Positions 1 to 9,275 of a DNA stretch of 64,000 bases are shown one piece after another. Within the stretch, counting starts at the first letter, position 1; each line of letters starts with the position of its first letter. This DNA comes from an uncultured archaeon (GTDB taxonomy: Archaea > Asgardarchaeota > Lokiarchaeia > Sigyniarchaeales > SOKP01). The DNA is taken from assembly GCA_964583985.1 (NCBI GenBank), contig CAZOYD010000001.1:133595-197594 (forward strand), read 5' to 3'. The notes beneath the pieces were generated by a model, which saw only the letters and a list, made by a program, of their open reading frames with translations, was not told the origin of the DNA and searched no databases. The position numbers and the translations under genes were made by a program.

Positions 1-1
1 G

Positions 2-292
2 ATTGAAATAGTTCCAATAACCATAATAAATGCAATTCCTATGGGATTCGCGTGGGGAGGAATTTTAGGTTTAATTTCATATTCCTTGTTCCCCATCATG
101 AATCAAGAAATAACCGCATTCATGGCGATTATTCCTATAAGATTGAAAGGGAAAACTTTCTTATATGTCATTATCATATTAAGAATATTCCCAATATTGT
201 TTAGTCCTCTTTCTTTCGTGGTCTATCTTCCTGATTTAGGTGGAATTTTAGGAGCTTGGATTCTTTTTCAATATCAAATAAAAAGAAATTAA
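2..292 (+). CDS. C-terminal part of a rhomboid-like membrane protein, 5' truncated by the window edge, catalytic residues apparently absent
   Basis: Frame is open from position 2 (IEIVPITIINAIPMGFAWGGILGL...). Hydrophobic. GFAWGG and PDLGG occupy the places of the rhomboid GASG and AHLGG motifs. Confidence 0.5.
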   Translation: MEIVPITIINAIPMGFAWGGILGLISYSLFPIMNQEITAFMAIIPIRLKGKTFLYVIIILRIFPILFSPLSFVVYLPDLGGILGAWILFQYQIKRN

Positions 293-310
293 AAAAAAAG
301 AAAAAAGATC

Positions 311-949
311 ATGAAAATTATCGAGTTAAATGAAGATTTAATAGGAAATAATGAGAAATTAGCTTCTGCGAATAATGAATTATTCAAAAAAAATAAGATA
401 AAATCTTATGATATTGTAGGCGCTATTGGAGCAGGTAAAACAGCTTTACTGGAGGCAATCGTTAGTCATATTTCCAATGATTTTAATGTGCTTGTGATTA
501 ATGGGGATGTAGCAACAAGAATTGATGCTGACAGAATAGAACAGCATGGGGCAAAATCGATCCAAGTGAATACAGGAAGGGAATGTGCTTTAAATTCTTA
601 TCATATCAATCAAGTACTAAAAAATATTGATTTAAAAGATTATGATATTGTTTTTATTGAAAATGTGGGTAACTTGATTTGTCCATCCGATTTTATTTTA
701 GGTGCTGACAAGAGGATTGTAGTTGTATCAATCACGGAAGGAGAATGGGTAATAAAAAAGCATCCGTTATTGTTTAAGATGTCAGATATAGCGGTAATTA
801 ATAAAATCGATTTAATGGATGTTATGGATATAAATATTGAGGAGATGATTTCTGATGCACGCAATATCAACCCTAATTTAGAAGTAATTACGACAAGTGC
901 TCAATCTGGGGAAAATATTTCTAAATTCATAAATTTGCTCCTCTCATGA
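311..949 (+). CDS. hypB: Hydrogenase nickel incorporation GTPase HypB
   Basis: GAIGAGKT, QVNTGREC, ENVGNLICP, NKID and TSA motifs. Confidence 0.92.
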   Translation: MKIIELNEDLIGNNEKLASANNELFKKNKIKSYDIVGAIGAGKTALLEAIVSHISNDFNVLVINGDVATRIDADRIEQHGAKSIQVNTGRECALNSYHINQVLKNIDLKDYDIVFIENVGNLICPSDFILGADKRIVVVSITEGEWVIKKHPLLFKMSDIAVINKIDLMDVMDINIEEMISDARNINPNLEVITTSAQSGENISKFINLLLS

Positions 950-1050
950 GAAAATTGCAAGAAAATGTGTTTTGAACTAAATTAAGAATAAAAGCAAAAG
1001 AACATTTCTAATATTAATTATATAGAAAATATTCATTATTAATCATAAAC

Positions 1051-1464
1051 ATGTCGCTTAGATCATACAATCAAGAATTAGGTCTACTTATTGATAAGAT
1101 CGTCAAGGTCTACCTAGAAGGAGAAGGATTTTTTGTAGGTCAGTTAAAAGGAGTCTCCGAAGATTCAAATCTTATACTTGTAAACGCTAAGAACCATAAA
1201 AATCATGCTTTTCCTAAATTATTAATACGTAGCTCATTTTATAATTTTGTGACAATAGAGGATGAACCATTTCCCATGAAAGCTTTATCAGAGAGAATTG
1301 GGACGATTTTCTCTGGACACGTTAATTACATAGAAGATCAAAACATCATTTCAATATTAAATGGTAAAATTATCGTTGATGAAAATGGTGTGAGAGGGAC
1401 GGGTCCTTCTTCTGATCGCGTAAAGAAAATTTATGAGCAATTTATACTAGATATTGAGAAATAA
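1051..1464 (+). CDS. Sm-like protein with C-terminal extension (SmAP3 type)
   Basis: Sm1-like GQLKGVSEDSNLILVNA and Sm2-like LLIRSS; C-terminal GVRGTGPSSDRVKKIY resembles the SmAP3 extension. Confidence 0.75.
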   Translation: MSLRSYNQELGLLIDKIVKVYLEGEGFFVGQLKGVSEDSNLILVNAKNHKNHAFPKLLIRSSFYNFVTIEDEPFPMKALSERIGTIFSGHVNYIEDQNIISILNGKIIVDENGVRGTGPSSDRVKKIYEQFILDIEK

Positions 1465-1490
1465 TTGTATCCTTTTATTTTTTTTCCAAT

Positions 1491-1997
1491 TTAAGAAGGT
1501 CTTTCTTGTTCAAAAACATTAAGCAAGTTTTTTAATCTTAGATCTTGAATTATATTCTTCAATATGGCTTTACCAAGCGGTGTAACCCTAATAATGTCTA
1601 AATCTTCAATTTCTCTTAAATAATCATTAGCAATTAAAAATTTAATATCTGAATCCCACACATCAGAAAATAGGGTCATAAGATCTTTTTTTGGTAAATT
1701 TTCTTCTAATTCCTTACCAAGAGCTGTTATCAATGCCAAAATTCCATATTGGGAGGGTGATATTGTATCATCCATTCCATCGGTGGTTAACACGTAGAAG
1801 TTTTGATCAAAAAATTTAGTTTTTATTAGTTCAAATCCTACATTTTGCAAATTTTGGTAAACTTCACTTATAATTTCCTCAAAATCTTGGTTACTACTAA
1901 GGGTTTTCAAGTCTTCTTCTCTAACTAACTTTTGAGGATTTGTTAAAATGAGTTTCGTTATTTTTCTAACCGTTTTTTCAATTTCTTGATTTTCCAT
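1491..1997 (-). CDS. Tandem winged-helix KITE-like protein (MAGE/Nse3/Nse1/MksE-like)
   Basis: LQNVGFELIK...YVL followed by QYGILALITAL, and a C-terminal wing IRVTPLG; 168 aa; last gene of the operon. Confidence 0.55.
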   Translation of the reverse strand: MENQEIEKTVRKITKLILTNPQKLVREEDLKTLSSNQDFEEIISEVYQNLQNVGFELIKTKFFDQNFYVLTTDGMDDTISPSQYGILALITALGKELEENLPKKDLMTLFSDVWDSDIKFLIANDYLREIEDLDIIRVTPLGKAILKNIIQDLRLKNLLNVFEQERPS

Positions 1998-2000
1998 AAT

Positions 2001-3635
2001 CTAGTCACTATCTATAATTTTTATTATTTTTATATTGTTAATTTGATTTTTTAGTTCTAAATTAGATATGATAAAGACGATCGTATAATCATTGAAAGTT
2101 GAATTTCGTTCAAACAATTGAATTAATTTTCGAATTGTTCTGAATATTGATCCTCGTTTATTATAAGTATCAGGAATAAAAGCATTTGAAATAATGATTG
2201 TTTTTGATCTTTGGAGCATCTTTATTGCAATTTGCAATATAATTATAAAATAAATCTTTTCAGGGGTAGTTAGGTCATTAAATGGTAAATTATCGTTCTT
2301 GGTTCTGGTAAATTGAGGATGAATTAATAATTTTTTATAATCCTCTGTAATTGATATTTCTAGGTTTATTCGTAAATTTATCTCATTTAACAATAAATTG
2401 AGTGTTTCCTCTAATTTAGTCACATGAGACTCTAATATGAAATACCCTTCGAACATTTTATCGAATTTTTGATCTGCATCAGAAATAGTCATTTTATTTT
2501 TATTTTTATTTAAAAAGTTAATTAATTTGCCAAGTTCGTCTGTTAAAGCCTCAAAATTAATGATAGAATCATCATTTACATACGTTTCACTTGTTAAAAT
2601 CGTTTCCATTCTTAATTCAAGATCTGATAATGCGAGTTCTATTTGGGAAGGGGTTTTAATAGACTTAAAATCGATTTTTTGTACTTGTTCACTCAAGCTT
2701 ACATCTAAACTTGTAAGTGCCTTTTTTAGTTCATTTTCTTTTATCTTTGCTTTATTTTCATCTTCCTTTATCAAATGTACTAGTTTATCATAATCTTGAG
2801 TAATGATTTTAAATTGGGGGAATAAATCGTCATGTATCTGTGAAATTTCGTCAAGATTTAGTTTTAATTTGTTAATCTCGTACTGAATTTCTCTTGCTTT
2901 AATTTGTAATAATCTGATCTTCTCAGCATTTGTCATTTCAGAATCTAAATCTAAAAGAGAATTGAGTTCTTCTTCATTTGTTATTAATTTTGAGGATATA
3001 TCCATATTACGAGTAATTTTATTAATATAGCTGAAACACATTTTTTTTTTATTTGTCAAGTTTTGTAAAATATCATTATTCTTCTGGATATCTTTATTTA
3101 CATTGTCAATTTGATTTTTCTTTTTTTGATAATCTTGTGCTAAATAGCTTAATTTGGTTTTGTTTTCTATTAATGATTTATTTAACTTTTCTAATAAATC
3201 CGAAATTGCTTTTATTTCACTTGATTGTTTAAATGTTTTAGCAATCTCTAATTCTTTATTGAGTCGAGATTTTTCATTATTTAGTGTAATGATTTGAAAC
3301 AATTTTATTATTTTGTGAGTCAGATTAATTAGATTTGATAATAAATCAGTATTTAAATCGATTGATTTAAGATAATTCTTTAAATATTTTAAAAGATTAA
3401 TTGATTCTTTAATCATAGGGTAAAAAGAATCTAGATTCTTTATTAAATTCTCTACGGGTATAGGATCTAAATTTGTGATTAATTCAACTAAATTTTCATC
3501 CTTAATAGAGATTATATCATCGTCTTTAATCTTACCAATGATTAAAGTTAATCGATCTTGGATGAGATATTTCCGTGTTCCTATAGTTATTTGTCCATGC
3601 TCATCTTTAATATTCATTTGTTCATTCCTGACCAA
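2001..3635 (-). CDS. SMC/Rad50-like long coiled-coil protein with degenerate ABC-ATPase head
   Basis: N-terminal RLTLIIG with no P-loop; about 350 aa of heptads; C-terminal LTTPEK (cf. LSGGEK) and IIISNAF (cf. Walker B ILDE). Confidence 0.6.
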   Translation of the reverse strand: MVRNEQMNIKDEHGQITIGTRKYLIQDRLTLIIGKIKDDDIISIKDENLVELITNLDPIPVENLIKNLDSFYPMIKESINLLKYLKNYLKSIDLNTDLLSNLINLTHKIIKLFQIITLNNEKSRLNKELEIAKTFKQSSEIKAISDLLEKLNKSLIENKTKLSYLAQDYQKKKNQIDNVNKDIQKNNDILQNLTNKKKMCFSYINKITRNMDISSKLITNEEELNSLLDLDSEMTNAEKIRLLQIKAREIQYEINKLKLNLDEISQIHDDLFPQFKIITQDYDKLVHLIKEDENKAKIKENELKKALTSLDVSLSEQVQKIDFKSIKTPSQIELALSDLELRMETILTSETYVNDDSIINFEALTDELGKLINFLNKNKNKMTISDADQKFDKMFEGYFILESHVTKLEETLNLLLNEINLRINLEISITEDYKKLLIHPQFTRTKNDNLPFNDLTTPEKIYFIIILQIAIKMLQRSKTIIISNAFIPDTYNKRGSIFRTIRKLIQLFERNSTFNDYTIVFIISNLELKNQINNIKIIKIIDSD

Positions 3636-4662
3636 AATGTTTTTTGAATTTCTTAAATTCTTCTGCCTTCAATTTTTTCCTCTTTCTAATTAAATCTACA
3701 GGGTCTTGTTCTTGGTCTATTCCAATTAAATTTTCATCTTGAAATTTTTTTTCGAATTGAGATTTAAATAATTCTATTTTCTCAGATATTTCTTCACTAA
3801 TTTCTAATTCTTTAGATTGATTGAAAGGAACATCGATATTACTTAATTTTTCTCTTGATTTTTTCCTCCTTCGTCTTTCAAATTCTTTTGCTGACAATTT
3901 TAGGTAATCTTGATAGCCTTGATTTTGTTCTTCTTGCTTTAATTTCAATTTCTCTAATTCTTCTTTTTCCTTCATTTTTTGTAGGAGGGCTCTTCTCTTG
4001 TTTAAATCAGAGGCTGTTAGCAATTTTTCATATTCACTAAAGAATTTCTCAAAAGATAAATCAGGATCGTCATAAAAAGCATTCTTGAAATCATTTTTAA
4101 TCTCATTATCAAATTCCTCAGGAATCATCTCCAATTCTTTTTTTAATTTTATAGCTGTAATTTTTCCGTAATAATCCCTTATTACAGGGATTAATTTCAT
4201 AAAAATTGAATTTTGATTTAATGAATCTAAAAGATTAAACCAATCATTCATCAAAATAGAATTAACATAGGAAATCTGTTGATTTACCTTACTAATTTTT
4301 TGCTGGGAAATTAAGTAAAGCCCCAGAATTTTGCTCTTTTCTTGATCAATATTCAGTCTTAGTAAATGATTTTTATATTGTTCCTTGTATTTTTTTAGTA
4401 AATTATCTTGAAAATTAAGGAAATTAGTGATATTCTTGTTAGTGATTTGAGTGAGTTCATTATATAATTCTTGGAGGTGAGTTAACATCTTTTCAATCTG
4501 TGTTTTTTCAATTTTAAGAGAATTTACTTCATAAATCTGCTTTTTTGATTGGTTGACTTGTTCTATGGAAAAAGAAAGGGAATTCAATCTATTTTGCAAG
4601 GTATTTAATGGTTCTGTAATGCACTTAATTCTATTTAAATCAAAAATTAAATCTTTTGACAT
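3622..4662 (-). CDS. Coiled-coil/helical hypothetical protein
   Basis: 346-aa ORF rich in K/E/Q/L heptads; overlaps the next gene by 14 nt. Confidence 0.7.
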   Translation of the reverse strand: MSKDLIFDLNRIKCITEPLNTLQNRLNSLSFSIEQVNQSKKQIYEVNSLKIEKTQIEKMLTHLQELYNELTQITNKNITNFLNFQDNLLKKYKEQYKNHLLRLNIDQEKSKILGLYLISQQKISKVNQQISYVNSILMNDWFNLLDSLNQNSIFMKLIPVIRDYYGKITAIKLKKELEMIPEEFDNEIKNDFKNAFYDDPDLSFEKFFSEYEKLLTASDLNKRRALLQKMKEKEELEKLKLKQEEQNQGYQDYLKLSAKEFERRRRKKSREKLSNIDVPFNQSKELEISEEISEKIELFKSQFEKKFQDENLIGIDQEQDPVDLIRKRKKLKAEEFKKFKKHFGQE

Positions 4663-4699
4663 TATTCATCACTTCTTTTTTTATAACTCTTTTAAGGAA

Positions 4700-5806
4700 T
4701 TAAATTTCAGGGGGTTTTTTAGTGCTATTTAGTTTTTTCTCATTTCCTTCATCTATTTTTATACTTTTAGTTGTAGCTAATGTATTTTGACGTTCGACAT
4801 GAATTGCTGTGCCACCGACTAATTTTAAGGAATCATGGAAGAGATCGTAAGTTAGGAGATCACTAGATATAGCCTTTAATAATGCAACCTTAGTCCCTCT
4901 TTCAATATCAGATCCAGAATACCCATGAGTTAATTTTAATAACCCCTCTCCTTTAATTTTTTTAGAGATTTCATTCCATAATACCATATCGTCAAATTCC
5001 GTGACTTTTTGACCCATTTTATTTGTGATATCTTTTTCAATCTTTTGTATACGATTATATTCATCATCTAAACGAGTAAAAATTTGATCATCAACGCCTA
5101 TTTTTGCTTGCTTGATTTTATCTAAAAAAGCTTCAATTATCTGTTTTCTAAGATTATAGTCTGGAAAATCAAACTTGAAATGAAATGTAAATCGCCTCCA
5201 TATTGCTGAATCTAATTGATGTTGGTGATTTGTAGCTCCAAAAATAGCAAGGGGTACCCCTTCATAATTTACTCTATCAATTACTTGTAAAAAAGAAATA
5301 ACAGCACGTTTGATCTCTCCTACCTCATGAATATTGGATCGTTCTGATCCAATAGCATCAATTTCATCAAAAAATAAAACAAAAGCACCTCTTTCTTTAG
5401 AAATTTCTGAGGATAACTCAACTACATTTCGTATGTTTTTAATTGTATCTCCTAATAATGGTGAAACAAGGCGATCTGACTCTACAACACAAATTGGCAC
5501 ATTATATTTTTTTGCAAATCCCCTGGTTAGTGAGGTTTTTCCCGTTCCTGGAGGTCCATATAAAAGTACAGTGAGATTTGGATTTAAGTTTGTATTTTTT
5601 AACTTTTCAATGAATTCATAATACTTATTCAAGGCTTTAAAAAATTCTTCGAGAAGATCTTTGATTATATCATTTCCTAATATATCATCAACTGATTCTT
5701 TTATATCTTCTGGAAAATATACCGCACCATATTTTCCAATTCTTTCTTTAATAACATCGTCAGTATACACTACTTTTTTTTCAACATCATCTTTTAATTT
5801 GGATAT
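4700..5806 (-). CDS. Single-domain AAA+ ATPase; probable ATA start at 5806 (ORF track uses GTG at 5770)
   Basis: Walker A GPPGTGKT, Walker B FFDEID, sensor ATN and LDSAIWRRF; GAGGTGA lies 6 nt upstream of the in-frame ATA. Confidence 0.9.
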   Translation of the reverse strand: MSKLKDDVEKKVVYTDDVIKERIGKYGAVYFPEDIKESVDDILGNDIIKDLLEEFFKALNKYYEFIEKLKNTNLNPNLTVLLYGPPGTGKTSLTRGFAKKYNVPICVVESDRLVSPLLGDTIKNIRNVVELSSEISKERGAFVLFFDEIDAIGSERSNIHEVGEIKRAVISFLQVIDRVNYEGVPLAIFGATNHQHQLDSAIWRRFTFHFKFDFPDYNLRKQIIEAFLDKIKQAKIGVDDQIFTRLDDEYNRIQKIEKDITNKMGQKVTEFDDMVLWNEISKKIKGEGLLKLTHGYSGSDIERGTKVALLKAISSDLLTYDLFHDSLKLVGGTAIHVERQNTLATTKSIKIDEGNEKKLNSTKKPPEI

Positions 5807-5835
5807 TTTCTTTCACCTCTTTTTTCGGTTTATTC

Positions 5836-7140
5836 TTACTTAGGTTTTTTTCTTTCTTTATCAAACTTTTCACAAAATAGAGCAATTTCATCAATGAGCT
5901 CTTTTAAATTATCGATTTGCGACCCAATAAAGTTAAATATTTCCTTTCTATACTGAATTGAATCTCTTATTTTCATTTTATCTAATCCAAGATAATTCGG
6001 AAAACAAATTAATTTCATTAAATAAGGTAATATTTTTTCATTGGTTTGTAAATCTTTAAAAATTGTATAAAATATATTTTCCTCTGATAATTTCCATTTT
6101 AAAATCCCCATATATATTAAAAATGCAAAATTCATCGAAATCCAATTAATTAATTCTTTTGATAAAAAGCCTCTGCGTTGAGAAACAAAAGCAAGGTAAT
6201 GTAAGATAAGGGTTTCATTACTGAATTGAGGAAAATATCTTATAGTTCCATCGGATTGTTTATTTGTCCTTAAAAAATTATTTTCTTCTAATATACTTAC
6301 AAATTCCTCTTTAGGTGCTAAAAATAGATCATCGATTAAACGCATTCCAATTCGTTCAGCTAAATTTTCGATAGATTCTTCTTCAGCATTAGCAATGGAG
6401 TCTATATAAGGTAAAAATATTTCACTTTTTAAAATCATTGGAATTTCACGATTAGGCTGTTCGGGAAAATCACCGAAGTTAGGATCAAGATTAAATAATG
6501 ATGTTATATTGTTAATTATTTGATATAATTTTGGAGAAATACCAGGTATTTCAAATGAATCTAAATTTTCAAGTTTCTCTCGATAATAGGTGTGTGATTG
6601 CAATAAATGCCTTTGGCATTCATAATATTCATTCGAAAAATTAAGTAGTTTTTCATATATTATTTTTAAACTTGCTCCTTTAGGAAATAAACGCTCTTCT
6701 ATATATTTACTAAGAGAATATAAGTACGTCTCATCGAGATTTTTTTGATCTGGATTTGTTATGTGTCTTAAAATATATAAAGCCCCGATTGATTCTTGTA
6801 AAAATTCTATGATATAATCTTTTATATCAATAATTGGAATTGTTCCCCTATACTTAATGATAAAATTCTTGATTATTTCATAGATATTGGATCGATACAT
6901 TGCAGAAAATTCGGATAATGCTCTTACTTTTCTTATATTTCTTTTTTCCTCTTCTTCACGAATTTTATCTAATATTTCCGTATCATTTAATAAATCCGCA
7001 TCCAAATCACTGATTATTTTTCTTGTTTCTCTAAGAATTGGTCTCATATGACTGATAAAAGTAAGATATCTTGGTAAAATATCAGTCCATTTTTCACGCT
7101 TCCGACCGGATTTTCTAGTAGATTTTTTTGAGTAACTCAT
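5836..7140 (-). CDS. Hypothetical helical protein (434 aa)
   Basis: Long ORF within a tightly spaced operon; basic N-terminus; family not recognised. Confidence 0.75.
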   Translation of the reverse strand: MSYSKKSTRKSGRKREKWTDILPRYLTFISHMRPILRETRKIISDLDADLLNDTEILDKIREEEEKRNIRKVRALSEFSAMYRSNIYEIIKNFIIKYRGTIPIIDIKDYIIEFLQESIGALYILRHITNPDQKNLDETYLYSLSKYIEERLFPKGASLKIIYEKLLNFSNEYYECQRHLLQSHTYYREKLENLDSFEIPGISPKLYQIINNITSLFNLDPNFGDFPEQPNREIPMILKSEIFLPYIDSIANAEEESIENLAERIGMRLIDDLFLAPKEEFVSILEENNFLRTNKQSDGTIRYFPQFSNETLILHYLAFVSQRRGFLSKELINWISMNFAFLIYMGILKWKLSEENIFYTIFKDLQTNEKILPYLMKLICFPNYLGLDKMKIRDSIQYRKEIFNFIGSQIDNLKELIDEIALFCEKFDKERKKPK

Positions 7141-7158
7141 AATTTTTCATTTAATGAT

Positions 7159-8298
7159 TTATTCATTTTCATATCCAACTACAATTTCTGCAAAAATATT
7201 AGCAATTTCCACAAAAATCGGAATCTCAACACGTACCAATTCACCTAACACCCATTTATTGACATCTTTTAATAGGAAACGTATCTGATTATGAATTTTT
7301 TTATTTATTTCTGAATCAATGATTTTTGACAGCCATAAACCTCCTCCTAATCGATAAGCAATGATTTTTATAAGTGGTTCAAATAATGGTTCTAATACTT
7401 GTCGCATCATCCAAGATTTTGGAATGATGCTCATATTACTCTCATCATAACCAGGATCATTTAAAATAGGATTAGTTTCGTCCACGGAGAGTTTTGGCAT
7501 AAAACTCAATAATAAAATTAAGGCGAAAATAGCACAGATTCCGTTTATGGTATAAGAACCTCCAATTTTTTCAATATTATCGCTATTTATTGCAATGTTT
7601 GCTAAAAACATGCATATAAATACGTTCCTATCAAAATTCTCGGATACATAAGCATATCCTAATTTAGGATCAAGTATCAAGTATTTCTCTTCAAGAATTT
7701 TAATGATATCATCAGGAAAGGTGAAAAAAGTGTAAATTTTTTCTTCGCTCCGTCTTACATCTTTCTCAATGACTAATTTTTTAGAGACTAACCCAAACAT
7801 ATTAACAAGTTCTTCCAGCTGTTTTTTAATGTAGTGGCGAGGTTTATTTGGATCTCCAAACATTGCATAAAATTGATGATCTACGATATGAAAATCATTC
7901 CTTTTACTGAAAGCTTCGACCATTCTATCTATAATAGGAGTTTGAGTTCCTGATGCAATTGCTTTTGCTTTTGAGGAGACAAAACCATTAAGTAATTCAT
8001 TTATAATAAAGTCTTGTTCGTGGGTTCGGGACTTTAAAATCTTACTAAATGCTTCTGAGAAATTCTTCGTCTTAGGGAAAAAAAAATTTTGAATTTTTTC
8101 ATTTATTGCCTTCTTAAATAAGTCCCCATCATTTCGTGGGAAATGTAACTTCATATTTTCAAGTCTTTGTATTAAGGCATCTTTTGCTCCGGGTATATTC
8201 TCAACATCCCGTTTTGCCACTTGCTCAATTGCTAATTCAAGACCTTTTTCAAAAGATTGTAAGAGTTGCCTCCAAGTCGAATCTATAATTTCCCCCAT
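7159..8298 (-). CDS. Hypothetical protein (379 aa)
   Basis: Long ORF with AGGTGG SD-like motif upstream; family not recognised. Confidence 0.75.
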   Translation of the reverse strand: MGEIIDSTWRQLLQSFEKGLELAIEQVAKRDVENIPGAKDALIQRLENMKLHFPRNDGDLFKKAINEKIQNFFFPKTKNFSEAFSKILKSRTHEQDFIINELLNGFVSSKAKAIASGTQTPIIDRMVEAFSKRNDFHIVDHQFYAMFGDPNKPRHYIKKQLEELVNMFGLVSKKLVIEKDVRRSEEKIYTFFTFPDDIIKILEEKYLILDPKLGYAYVSENFDRNVFICMFLANIAINSDNIEKIGGSYTINGICAIFALILLLSFMPKLSVDETNPILNDPGYDESNMSIIPKSWMMRQVLEPLFEPLIKIIAYRLGGGLWLSKIIDSEINKKIHNQIRFLLKDVNKWVLGELVRVEIPIFVEIANIFAEIVVGYENE

Positions 8299-8313
8299 TT
8301 TGCACCACCTAAT

Positions 8314-9273
8314 TCAGGTCCAATTTAAATCATTAGATATTTTTTTTAGAGCATTGATCAATGGTCTAATATCCTTTTTATCATAAATATTTGGAGACGA
8401 TACTCCCTTTTGCGCTTTCCATCCCATTTGAGTGCCTTCAGCCATCTCTCTCTGTCCATATTTAATTAGTTTACTAAAATCTCGAGTCCACCAATAAAAT
8501 CTAAGCCATCGTTTATTTGGATTATTACTTGAATAGATGACAACTATCGCTTTCCACTCACCTACAAGCCATTTGATGGTGATTCCACTTATAGGCATGT
8601 AGAAATTAATAGGAAAATTACTATGAAATTGCAAGTCAAGGTCTTCAGGATCAATATTAAAAATTGGTTGATTATATCCTTCTAAAATCACAATTTCTGA
8701 ACAATGTTGGCATATATAATGAGATTTATGTTTTTCCATTTTCTGCTGGCAATTGGGGCATGTTTTATTCTCAAGGATGCGATATTTAATGATGTCTAAT
8801 TTTTTATTTTTGTCTGCATCCTCTTTAGTTTCTGAATTGGTTTTACCATAACTTCCTTTCCAATTCCATAATTCATCGAAAAATTCATCAATTTTTTCCA
8901 ATGCTTTAATTAAATTATTTAACACGCTATTATCATAAATTTTAATCATTCCTGCATGTTGGTATGTTTTCCACCACGAAATTCTTACGTATCTCTCACT
9001 TTTTAACAAGGTACTATGACAAATTAAAGCTGCTAATACTCTAGCTTCAGTTTTACTGATAATTATCCCTTTCTCACAAATTTCATACTCTTTATTCAGA
9101 GTTAGCTGGGTATGGAAATACTCTCCATCTAAATATTCTCCTTTCTTGTCGGTTTCTTCTGAAATTTGTTCACTGTTTTTGTCTTTAGGCTTCAATATCT
9201 TTCTACATTGAGGGCATTGGAAAATTCCTGCTACAAGAGGTTCCATTTCAACATTACATGAGGGACATTTCAT
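8314..9273 (-). CDS. Internally duplicated Zn-ribbon plus PC4-like domain protein
   Basis: CPSC..CPQC and CPNC..CQHC ribbons, each followed by similar segments (YVRISWWK...IYD..LIKALEKI and WLRFYWWT...GWKAQKGVS..IYD..LINALKKI). Confidence 0.6.
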   Translation of the reverse strand: MKCPSCNVEMEPLVAGIFQCPQCRKILKPKDKNSEQISEETDKKGEYLDGEYFHTQLTLNKEYEICEKGIIISKTEARVLAALICHSTLLKSERYVRISWWKTYQHAGMIKIYDNSVLNNLIKALEKIDEFFDELWNWKGSYGKTNSETKEDADKNKKLDIIKYRILENKTCPNCQQKMEKHKSHYICQHCSEIVILEGYNQPIFNIDPEDLDLQFHSNFPINFYMPISGITIKWLVGEWKAIVVIYSSNNPNKRWLRFYWWTRDFSKLIKYGQREMAEGTQMGWKAQKGVSSPNIYDKKDIRPLINALKKISNDLNWT

Positions 9274-9275
9274 AA

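Noticed and set aside
4700-5806. Vps4/CdvC ESCRT ATPase
   Set aside because: No MIT domain and no ESCRT-III neighbours; the pore loop and WRRF motif differ
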